From: Macrostomum lignano | Taxonomy: Eukaryota | Direction of reading: 5' to 3' | Assembly: GCA_002269645.1 (NCBI GenBank) | Contig: NIVC01000914.1 | Span: 9,981-73,980 of the forward strand | Length of the DNA stretch: 64,000 bases | In this document: positions 25,896-37,400 of the stretch, in pieces | How the letters are laid out: each line of letters starts with the position of its first letter | How positions within the stretch are numbered: the stretch's first letter is position 1 | Made by a program: the position numbers and the translations under genes | Notes under the pieces: model-generated | The model's database searches: none | What the model was told of the DNA's origin: nothing | What the model saw: the letters and a program-made list of their open reading frames with translations, nothing else

Positions 25896-28800
25896 TTAGC
25901 AGCATCCGCCACCGCCAGACTTGACCGGCTGAGTGCCCGGGTTGACTTTGATGGCCGGCCGAGTCTTTTGGTCGGCTGTCACAGGCCCCATTCGTGCCTT
26001 GATCTCCGAGGCCATGGACAAGAACGCCTGCTCCACGTTGGTGGCGTTCTTGGCGCTGGTCTCCAGGAATTGAATGCCCAGGGACTCGGCGTATTCCTGG
26101 TGGGTTGAGGGGTCAGGTGTGCAACTGGGTGTACAGTGGGGTCTGTGGGAGTGTGGCAGTGGGTGTACAGTGGGTCTATGGGGTGCGCAACTGGGTGTAC
26201 AGTGGGGTCTGTGTGGTGTGCGACTGGGTGTACAGTGGGTCTATGGGGTGCGCAACTGGGTGTACAGTGGGGTCTGTGGGGGTGTACAACTGGGTGTACA
26301 GTGGGGTCTGTGGGAGTGTGGCAGTGGGCGTACAGTGGGGTCTGTGGGGGTGTGAGTGTGGCAGTGTGTGAACTGTGAGGATGACTGGTTGTACAATCGG
26401 GTCGGTCTGTGGGTGTACATAAAGGGTTTCGAGAACAACCAGAGTACACTGGGATTCAAGGTTAACATCAACAGAAAGTAGCCTCACCTTGGCGGTGGCA
26501 AAGTCCACCACCTTGTTGGCCGTGAGGTCGCACTTGTTTCCCACTAGCAGGCGGTTGACGCTGTCGGAGGCGTAGCGCTCGATCTCCTGCAGCCAGTTCT
26601 TCACGTTGTTGAAAGAGTCCTGGTCGGTGACGTCATAGACTACGATGATGCCGTGGGCGCCGCGATAGTAGGATGAGGTGATGGTGCGGAACCGCTCCTG
26701 GCCGGCCGTGTCCCAGATCTAGAATGATGGTTGCGAAAGCAGAATTATATTTGTATGACCAGATTCTGTTGTGACTGCAATCTAGTCTGACCAGATACTG
26801 TTGTGACTGCAATCTAGTCTGACCAGATTCTGTTGTGACTGCAATCTAGTCTGACCAGATTCTGTTGTGACTGCAATCTAGTCTGACCAGATTCTGTTGT
26901 GACTGCAATCCAGTCTGACCAGATTCTGTTGTGACTGCAATCTAGTCTGACCAGATTCTGTTGTGACTGCAATCCAGTCTGACCAGATTCTGTTGTGACT
27001 GCAATCCAGCCTGATTAAAGATTATATTGTGACTGCAATCCAGTCTGACCAGATTATATTGTGACTGCAATCTAGTCTGGCTAGATTCTGTTGTGACTGC
27101 AATCCAGTCTGACCAGATTCTGTTGTGACTGCAATCTAGTCTGACCAGATTCTGTTGTGACTGCAATCCAGTCTGACCAGATTCTGTTGTGACTGCAATC
27201 CAGCCTGATTAAAGATTATATTGTGACTGCAATCCAGTCTGACCAGATTATATTGTGACTGCAATCTAGTCTGGCTAGATTCTGTTGTGACTGCAATCCA
27301 GTCTGACCAGATTCTGTTGTGACTGCAATCTAGTCTGACCAGATTCTGTTGTGACTGCAATCTAGTCTGACCAGATTCTGTTGTGACTGCAATCCAGCCT
27401 GATTAAAGATTATATTGTGACTGCAATCCAGTCTGACCAGATTCTGTTGTGACTGCAATCTAGTCTGACCAGATTCTGTTGTGACTGCAATCCAGTCTGA
27501 CCAGATTCTGTTGTGACTGCAATCCAGCCTGATTAAAGATTATATTGTGACTGCAATCCAGTCTGACCAGATTCTGTTGTGACTGCAATCTAGTCTGACC
27601 AGATTCTGTTGTGACTGCAATCCAGTCTGACCAGATTATATTGTGACTGCAATCTAGTCTGACCAGATTCTGTTGTGACTGCAATCCAGTCTGACCAGAT
27701 TCTGTTGTGACTGCAATCCAGCCTGATTAAAGATTATATTGTGACTGCAATCCAGTCTGACCAGATTATATTGTGACTGCAATCTAGTCTGACCAGATTC
27801 TGTTGTGACTGCAATCCAGTCTGACCAGATTCTGTTGTGACTGCAATCCAGCCTGATTAAAGATTATATTGTGACTGCAATCCAGTCTGACCAGATTCTG
27901 TTGTGACTGCAATCTAGTCTGACCAGATTCTGTTGTGACTGCAATCCAGTCTGACCAGATTATATTGTGACTGCAATCTAGTCTGACCAGATTCTGTTGT
28001 GACTGCAATCCAGTCTGACCAGATTCTGTTGTGACTGCAATCCAGCCTGATTAAAGATTATATTGTGACTGAAATCCAGTCTGACCAGATTATATTGTGA
28101 CTGCAATCTAGTCTGACCAGATTCTGTTGTGACTGCAATCCAGTCTGACCAGATTCTGTTGTGACTGCAATCCAGCCTGATTAAAGATTATATTGTGACT
28201 GCAATCCAGTCTGACCAGATTATATTGTGACTGCAATCCAGTCTGACCAGATTCTAATGTGACAAAGCTAATATTTGCAGTAAAAAATTGAAGTTCCTAA
28301 AAATTGAAAAAAAAACATAAATAACCTGCAGCTTGATAGTTTTGCCATCCAGTTCAATAGTTCGAATCTTGAAATCCACGCCAATGGTACTGATGTAGCT
28401 GTCTGTGTAAGTGTCATCAGCAAAGCGCAGCAGAAGGCAGCTTTTACCAACACCCGAGTCGCCAATAAGCAACAGCTTGAACAGGTAGTCGCTGATAGGT
28501 TTGGGCAAGGAAGTGAAGGAAAGTAAGTATTACATTACAGTTTGATTTTTTATCCAAAAAGTACAAATATACTGTAATATACTATTAATAATTGCTTCAA
28601 AACTGTCTTTAAGAATTTAGATTTTTTGTAAAATATGCTAACAAAAATTCTCAAAAGTCTAGATTAGCATGTCATATTAGTAATTAGATACAATGGTATA
28701 ATATATCATACTATAACATCTGCATAATATGCCATATTGCAATAATAATCTTATATAACATAAAGCAGGTAAATTAAGCAGCTTTAAACACTTTAAATGT

Positions 28801-31059
28801 TTGAACAATCCACTGCACTGTTTCACTTGCTATCATTCTAACCCACTCTCTTGTTGCATCATTATGTATCTTCTTGCCCTATGAATTTTATACAGTAATA
28901 TGTATATAAAATTAATAATTTATTTATTTATTTATTCCATTTGCCCCAATGTGCAATGGGCAAATGTGCAAAGATCAGCTCAGCTATAGTCTACTGCATG
29001 GTGCATCTGAAGGCTGCATATGGCTGTTTAGTCCAATGACTAAGGGGTTGCCATGCATACTTTCAATTATCCCAACTAATGCAAGCATCCATTTTACAGC
29101 TGGGTGAACTAAAGCAATGCAGAATTATGTTTTGTTTAAGGATTCAAATAAGATTGGGAATCAAACCCAAAACCTTTTAATCATAAGTCCAATGCTCTAA
29201 CCACTAGGCTATAACCCCCGTAATATATATATGCCTTGACTAACTACCTCTAATGCCCAAGGTGCATGCATATCATCATGGGTTTTTTATACGTTGCTCC
29301 CCTTAATCATAGAGAGCATCATTGCAGGGGTAGATCCAGAAGAGGGGCCAAGGGAGCCATGGCCCCCCTTAGCTGCGGCCAAAGAAATTTTGATCATATT
29401 TTTTTGGCCTACTACTATGCCAAATCTTTTTTATTTTAATTTCCTTTAATTCTAATTTAGTTTATTGGCAAAATAAAATATTTGATTGCTTTGGGACCTA
29501 CCTTGCTATGTTTATTGTTTATACCCCTACTTTGCTCATGTCTACCTCTGTTTTAGACATTGAAATAAATAATAAATAAAGTAATTTAATTTATACAAGT
29601 TTAGAAAAATACTTAAGCATATTATATTTCTAATATAATACATGCTATTAATATTTAACAATATATTTTATATTATATTTTATATATTTTATATATTATA
29701 TTTTATAAAATATATTTTATATTTTATATTATATATAAATAAAATATAAAACTATATCTATATATATAATAGTCTAGCCTATAATAGAAAGAGAAGTTTA
29801 AAATTCTTAAAATCTTTTTGTTTGTCTATTTTATTTATTTAATTAGGCTTATAGCCTAATTTTTTAATATTGATCATTTTAAACAATTAGCTAATCTTTA
29901 AATTAAAAAGAAATCTTTATTTTGTAGTAGTTACCTACTACATAATAATTTGTCAAGTTATTAACTTAACTGTATATTATTTCAAATGGTTTAAAGATAT
30001 TATTTTTTTCTAATGGGAACATTATAATATAAAATTAAAAAATAACCAGTAAAACTAAGAAAGTTAACTCAGTGACAACCCATGTCATGTTAACCATTAG
30101 GTCTAGCCATTGCAATTTGAATATCACAAAAGATACAAATATACAATGGCAGTGCTTATCCCCTCGGTACCGTAGGAATAATTTCTGTCTTATTCCAATG
30201 ATACCGTGCGAATAATTTTCTGCTTATCTGCACGGCACACTGACGAGATAGCTGCCCTATCTTCTACATATGCCGTGTGGGAAGTTTAGTACATACGATT
30301 TGAGTGCAGTATAACAACTTTGTTGAATTATTGTTGAATAAGTATACAGAAGGGTATCAGTAAAGCAGAATAACACGCATTTACACATGCATATACTAGT
30401 CTAGAACTGATTCAAGTTTATACATCATCAAGATCAACAGCTTCTTAGTATCCTCAGTTCAAATTCCCTTTCAATAAGCTATAAACTATTCACGCACAGC
30501 ATATATATGTAGCAGATAAAAACCGATAGGGCAGCTAGTAAAGCAGAGGGAATAAAACAGAGGACGTGTAGGGCAGCTATCTCGTCAGTGTGCCGTGCGG
30601 ATAAGCAGAAAATTATTCCCACGGCATATGTAGAAGATAGGGCAGCTATCTCGTCAGTGTGCCATGCGGATAAGCAGAAAATTATTCGCACGGTACCGTT
30701 GGAATAAGACAGAAATTATTCCTACGGTACTGTGGGGATAAGCACTGCCATATTATCATATACAATACTGTCAACACAGATGCTTAAAATACATACATTC
30801 ATTATCCTTTATGACACCAAAGCAAGATAGGTAAGCTAAGTTTAATTTTATTTAATATGCAGCATTATCACTTTATATCTTAGCTATATCTTATATTATA
30901 TATCTGATTTTATATCTTATATCTATACTACTTTAGGTCTAGACTACTATAGATACAAACAAAGTAAAAAAGCATGAGTGTATAACCCAATGAGATAACA
31001 GGAAAGCTACTAAATGAGCAAGGAATAATTCAAATCGTTACTTACTATTCTGGAGTCAT
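25896..31059 (-). CDS. RAB1: Ras-related protein Rab-1 (203 aa)
   Basis: Exons 31046-31059 (ATG ACT CCA GAA TA|gtaagt), 28326-28491, 26488-26718 and 25896-26096; 612 nt. [22 protein letters not shown]...WDTAGQE...NKCD...ETSAK...GGGGCC*. Confidence 0.97.
26120..26375. repeat. Degenerate GGGTGTACAGTGGG-containing minisatellite in Rab1 intron 3
   Basis: Direct reading. Confidence 0.85.
26755..28255. repeat. 32-bp minisatellite GATTCTGTTGTGACTGCAATC(T/C)AGTCTGACCA with higher-order variants, filling Rab1 intron 2
   Basis: Direct reading; near-identical ORF-track hits spaced 194 and 324 bp show higher-order periodicity. Confidence 0.96.
28915..29214 (-). mobile_element. Old tRNA-headed CORE-type SINE copy in Rab1 intron 1, with 3' hairpin and (AATA)n tail
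   Basis: The reverse complement aligns by eye to the SINE at 46302 (tagcctagtggttagagc... gttcacccagctgtaaaatgg... cagccttcagatgc). Confidence 0.8.
30147..30750. mobile_element. MITE-like element with long (about 140 bp) terminal inverted repeats TGGCAGTGCTTATCCCC...GGGGATAAGCACTGCCA
   Basis: 30147-30287 is the near reverse complement of about 30620-30750; part of the right arm is internally duplicated; no clean TSD. Confidence 0.75.
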
Positions 31060-31430
31060 CTATATGAGTACGGAAATTTAGTTACTAAGTTACAAATACA
31101 AAATATTACACAACAATTTCGATAAGTAAGCTCAAGTAAAAGGTGGTTCCACTTTCAAGGAATCAACATTTAAATCCTAGACAACGCTCGTTGTTTAAAG
31201 TAAAACAAAGTGAAAAACATCTGCAACAATTTTAGGTAAAAATTACCAGTAAACTTACTTTTTCTATTTTAAAATAAAACATTTTTTTAGTTTGAAAATA
31301 ACATAGCAAAAAAATGTTTCGTCTCTCTAGTAACACATAGAACCATGTTCATTTTAAATTACTTATTATAAAACACTATAAGAGGAATCCAAATAGTGAG
31401 TGATTAATACGCACCAAAACTGTCAACATA
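31060..31430. promoter_or_regulatory. Putative bidirectional promoter between the Rab1 and AK7 start codons, with an RFX X-box-like site GTCTCTCTAGTAAC at 31321-31334
   Basis: The ATGs are divergent and about 370 bp apart. The site fits GTHNYY-NN-RRNAAC about 100 bp upstream of a motile-cilia gene. Confidence 0.6.
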
Positions 31431-34400
31431 ATGGCTGCTGAAGCTACCAAGCCAGTTCGGATTTTCGTCAATCATGTTGACGAATATCAGGGATACCATA
31501 TTTCAAAGGTGAGTTTATATTTCTGTTTTGATAAGGGACAGAAAACTATTATTCAAGTTATTTGTATGCTAATTACAGTTGTTTTGATGGTAGAGGTCAT
31601 AGATATATTGATTTATTAAATATGTGATTTTATTATATATCTCTAAAATTACTATTCAGTCTTGCAGTCTTTAAAAACATCCTAGATAATCTCTATTATT
31701 TTTAATTTTACTTTTAATAAATTTTAAGTTTGCTTTATGATAAAAGTTTATTATGAATTTATGAGCACAATTTAAGTTGATTACTTGATTCCACCTAATA
31801 GAGAGCAGAAATTATTATTTGCTCACTTTTATAATTTCGGTCCAGAAACTAACCTAGAAGTTTAACTCAAAATTTCGCTCTTTTTAATGATTCAATAGCA
31901 GAACTGAAAAAGTAAATTCATATTACAATCATTTGACTTTCAGTACCTTTCACAATGCGCCGTTGGTGCTACTCTTGAAGACAACGAAGAAGAAGAGGAA
32001 GAGGCCGGATCTGTTCTCAGCGGAGACTTCCCAGTGAAGCCAAAGGAAGGCTGCTATGAAATCCATGGCACTTTGAAAAAGACAGAGGCCAAGCAGCCAG
32101 AGTTCGTGAAGGAGATCCTCAGCGTAAGCTTCTTATTCATTTGGGGTTTTATTCTGATTAGTCTGGAATACTGACGAAGATTTGACCGAATACCATAAAT
32201 GTTGCTTTTCTAGTACGACACCAGGGAGCAGATGTACGAACATCTGGTCGAGTGCGACGTTATTGTATACGACATCACCCAAGATCCGGACCAAATTGAA
32301 GAGGCGATGTGGGCTCTCACCGAGCTGCATCAAGACATTGAGAAGCTGGAGTCTCAGAAGGTTTTCATCCTCCTGTCCACCGTGATGACGTGGGCTAAGA
32401 GCAAACCGGCTGATGAGGTGAGCCTCGTGTGCAACTAGTAATTAATAATGCTTTTCGTACATCCGTCGAAATCCGAAACCGCATTTGCAGGAGGATCTTG
32501 AGAGTCCGCTGACCGAGGAGGACTATCGCAAACGGAAGCCGCACCAGAACTACAAGGAGCATCTGGCGGCGGAGAAGGCCGCAGTCAAGTATGGAAAAAC
32601 GGTGAGCTGCCCAGCCGTATTCTACCACGTGTCTGTACGCAAAATACACGTGTACCAAGATAGGATATGGTATTAGTACATGTACACCTGTGTCTGTCTG
32701 AGCGCTGTGCTAATTAGGGTCACGTTATCAGTACACATTTGAACACAAGTACATACCCTGTACCAATCGGTCCTCAGTTAAATTAATAATCCAACTAACC
32801 ACCTCACTCCCATTCGCAGAAGAAGAGCAGGCTCACAACTTACATTGTGGCCAGCGGTCTGACCTACGGCTGCGGAGAGAACATCTTCCACAGCTTCTTC
32901 AAGGCCGCCTGGCACAACGCCTTCACTCTGCCAGTTTACGGAAATGGTCAGAATGTTCTGCCCATGATTCACATCCGTGATCTGGCCGCGGTGTTGCAGA
33001 ACATCGCCGACAGCAAGCCGAAGGTGAAATATCTGGTGGCGGTTGACGACTCGCAGAACATGCTGGATGAAGTTGTCAAAGCAGTGTCTGTCGGCCTCTG
33101 CACTGGCAAGATTCGCACGGTGACAAAGGAGGAGGCCGCCCTATCTAAGGACATCGATGTGAGTGACGGGAATGAATGTTAAATCCTCATTGACTCCAAT
33201 CTCAACTAAAGCCATCGACTAATCTCATTCTGAAGTGCTGGACCAGTCGACTCAAAACGCTGAGACATCCTATCCACGTCCCTCCCTTGGGTTTCCGTGG
33301 AAATTATGGGATAAACTGAGGAAAATGACACAATTAGAAACTGTGGAATAGAACCAAAAAGTTTCGTAGTTCCTCAGGGTCGCACACGATCGGACAGAAT
33401 CGCAGCAGGAATGGCTCGGAATTTTCCAGTTTGGCTTCTGTCGTGCTCAAAAAACAGTCTGAAGGGACCGGGTTTTCTCTGTCTAAAATTCAACGATTCG
33501 CACTTTTACCATTGTTGCTCGTAAGTGTCTCAAGTGGACAGCTTTTCCCTCGAAACGCTTTCCATAAAAGTGCGCTGTCAGATCCTATAGGAACAGCATC
33601 ACAGGGCGCGTCTCTGCGCTTGGGCGCGAACATCGTAGTCGACAAAACGCCAAGTGCGCAGTCTGTCACCGCCGGTATGATGCTTGCAGTGTAAGCAGCA
33701 GCACCTCCTGCAGGCCGGCGCGGTGAGCTCGTATACAGTGCCGCGTTGGCCTGCCTCGCTCGTTGCTGGTCTTGAAGGCGGCGCGTAGCACGCACGCCGG
33801 GTCAAATTGCTGTTTTGAGCGAGTCCGTCAGCGTCCAGGTCTCAGTGTTCAGGTCTCAGCGTCCAGGTCGCAGGATGGTCTCGACCACCGCCTTCTGGTT
33901 GTCACTTAGGGCCTGGGGCGGAAACCATAAGGCATCACTGCACGAACTGTTTTACTGTTTTCTGGATGGAATCCCTCCGCGTTTCTTGTCGACTGGTACC
34001 GAAAGTCGGTCTGGTTAGCATCTTGGCTCGGGCTCCGTTCCACTGCTTACGTTGACGTCCCCGTTTTTGATCCCGCACAATGCCCGCGCCCGCCCCGCAG
34101 CAAGCCACGCTGGACCAGCTGATGCTCTCACTGCGTCTTGACGCCATCTACGTGAAGGAGAACTTCAAGATTAACTGGGCCTGCGAAACGGGCATCGTGG
34201 AGAACATCGACCAGATCATCAAGGAGTACAAGAAGGAGCGCGGACTCCAGCCGATCAAGGCGTGCATCCTCGGCCCGCCCGCCTCTGGCAAGTCGGTAAT
34301 TGTGAAGCAGCTCTGCGACTTCTACAAGCTGCATCACATCCGGGCTAAGGACGTCATCACGGAGGCCATCGCCAATCTGGTGAGTGCAAGAAGTTTCGGC

Positions 34401-37400
34401 TTTGGTCAGGCTTGTCAGGGCCTTACACGTGTTTTTAAGAGCTCAACTTGGCTGACTCTTGCGGCTTTTAATAACCGATTTTTTTATTCTCAACTCCAGC
34501 AACGCAGCGCCGCTCGCGCCGACGCCGAAGAGGAGGACGACGACGGCAAGGCTGCGGAAGACGCCGAGACGCTCGAGCAGGTCAACGAGAACATGGCCGA
34601 GAATAACGACCGATTGGATGACAGCTTCGTGATCAGGTATGCGGTCCTGGGAGTCAGTCAGTCAGTTACGAGCTGGTTAGTTGGTTAGTTAGTTAGTTAG
34701 TTGCAAATAATTCTCCTCTCCAATTATTTGCATGGCGCAGGTTCTTCCGAGAGAAGCTGGCCTCCAAGGCGTGCCAGAATCAGGGCTTCATCTTGGACGG
34801 CTTCCCGAAGACGAAGCAGCAGGCTGAGGATCTGTTTGCGCGTGAGTTCAACAGTTCAACTGGAGCGACATTCCGTTTCATACTACTAACTTGATATTTA
34901 AGTAGCATGAGATGAGCATGATGTGAAATAGCTATATTTCAGATGATAGATGATGAAAAAGTATATTAACTGGCAGTATAAGTGGCATATCCCTGCTACG
35001 AGCGTAACCTAGGAAACAGATGATAAATTAGAATACCAGAGATAGATTCTGCCATGGACTACTGAAGATGACACCTGGGCGGAAGAGATTTTTGCCAATA
35101 ATTAATTTACTAATTGGCCTAAAATAAAAATGTTTTCGATTAGGATAGATCAGATAAAACAGTTATACCATATTTAAAGGGCTTAAATCTAAGGAGCAAA
35201 AGTACAAACCGCATGTCGTAAGCGCGTAACGCCGCTTCTGTCCAGGATTTGAGGCAGTGGCGCCATTCTTTTTACGACTCAAACAGAGAGCAACAATTTT
35301 TATTGCCCTAACAAAGAGATCAAGCAGAACGACTTGCTTTTTTTGCACTTCCGGACTGTTCTGCTCTGAGAATTCACTGTTGCCTCAATATTGCAGGCCT
35401 CTAATCAGCAGATTAGTCTCTTTGATTTATTGGTTTGAGAGGCAGTTCGAACTTACAGTGCAGAAAAAATTAAGGATTTCTTAAAGAATTTTTGTCTACC
35501 GGTGGTTAGGCATCTTGACTGAGGAGCCGCTATAGATCTAGATCTATAGATATCAGATCTATAGACTGAGGAGCCGCTATAGATATCAGATCTATAGATA
35601 TCAGATCTAAAGACTGAGGAGTCGCTATAGATATCAGATCTATAAACTGAGGAGTCGCTATAGATCTAGATCTATAGATATCAGATCTATAAACTGAGGA
35701 GTCGCTATAGATATCAGATCTATAAACTGAGGAGTCGCTATAGATCTAGATCTATAGATATCAGATCTATAAACTGAGGAGCCGCTATAGATCTAGATCT
35801 ATAGATATCAGATCTATAGACTGAGGAGTCGCTATAGATATCAGATCTATAAACTGAGGAGTCGCTATAGATATCAGATCTATAAACTGAGGAGTCGCTA
35901 TAGATATCAGATCTATAAACTGAGGAGTCACTATAGATATCAGATCTATAAACTGAGGAGTCGCTATAGATATCAGATCTATAGACTGAGGAGTCGCTAT
36001 AGATATCAGATCTATAAACTGAGGAGTCGCTATAGATATCAGATCTATAAACTGAGGAGTCGCTATAGATATCAGATCTATAAACTGAGGAGTCGCTATA
36101 GATATCAGATCTATAAATTGAGGAGTCGCTATAGATATCAGATCTATAAACTGAGGAGTCGCTATAGATATCAGATCTATAAACTGAGGAGTCGCTATAG
36201 ATATCAGATCTATAAACTGAGGAGTCGCTATAGATATCAGATCTATAAACTGAGGAGTCGCTATAGATATCAGATCTATAAACTGAGGAGTCGCTATAGA
36301 TATCAGATCTAGAGACTGAGGAGTCGCTATAGATATCAGATCTAAAGACTGAGGAGTCGCTATAGATATCAGATCTAGAGACTGAGGAGTCGCTATAGAT
36401 ATCAGATCTAGAGACTGAGGAGTCGCTATAGATATCAGATCTAGAGACTGAGGAGTCACCTCCACCTCCACCAATTTCAACAGCCGATGAAGACGATGAA
36501 GAGGAAGGCGAGGACGGCGGCGGCCCCTTCAACAAGCGGCTGATGCCCGACCAGCTGTTTGTGCTGGAAGCCGGCGACGATTTCCTGAAGCGGCGAGTTA
36601 TGCAGCTCCCCGAAGCTGTGGTGGCCGGGACGCACAACACCGAGGAGGGCCTGCTTCGCCGACTGGGCGAGTACCGAGCCATCAACACCGAGGACGACTC
36701 CGTGGTGATGTACTTCGACGAGAAGGAAATTCATCCGGACGTATTCGACGTTTCCAAGGACGATTCGACGATGCACGCCGCCCTGGTTGAGCGAATCAAG
36801 AAGGCCATCGGCAAGCCGAGAAACTACGGCCTGACGCCGGAGGAGCAGGAGGAAATCCGGCGGCGGGAGGAGACCGAGCGGCTGGAGAACGAGAAGCGAG
36901 AGCGGGACGAGCGGGAGAGGCGCGAGAGGCAGGAGGCGGACGAGAGGAAGCGGCGCCAGGAGGAGTGGGTGAGTAGCGGGACTCGGTGCTCAATGGAGTG
37001 GCTGAGTAGCGGGACTCGGTGCTCAATGGAGTGGGTGAGTAGCGGGACTCGGTGCTCAATGGAGTGGCTGAGTAGCGGGACTCGGTGCTCAATGGAGTGG
37101 CTGAGTAGCGGGACTCGGTGCTCAATGGAGTGGGTGAGTAGCGGGACTCGGTGCTCAATGGAGTGGGTGAGTAGCGGGACTCGGTGCTCAATGGAGTGGC
37201 TGAGTAGCGGGACTCGGTGCTCAATGGAGTGGGTGAGTAGCGGGACTCGGTGCTCAATGGAGTGGGTGAGTAGCGGGACTCGGTGCTCAATGGAGTGGCT
37301 GAGTAGCGGGACTCGGTGCTCAATGGAGTGGCTGAGTAGCGGGACTCGGTGCTCAATGGAGTGGCTGAGTAGCGGGACTCGGTGCTCAATGAATTGGCTG

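Noticed and set aside
29325-29390. CAGGGGTAGATCCAG...GGGGCCAAGGGAGCCATGGCCCCCC, resembling a common MITE end
   Set aside because: No matching opposite end or TSD was found in the window.
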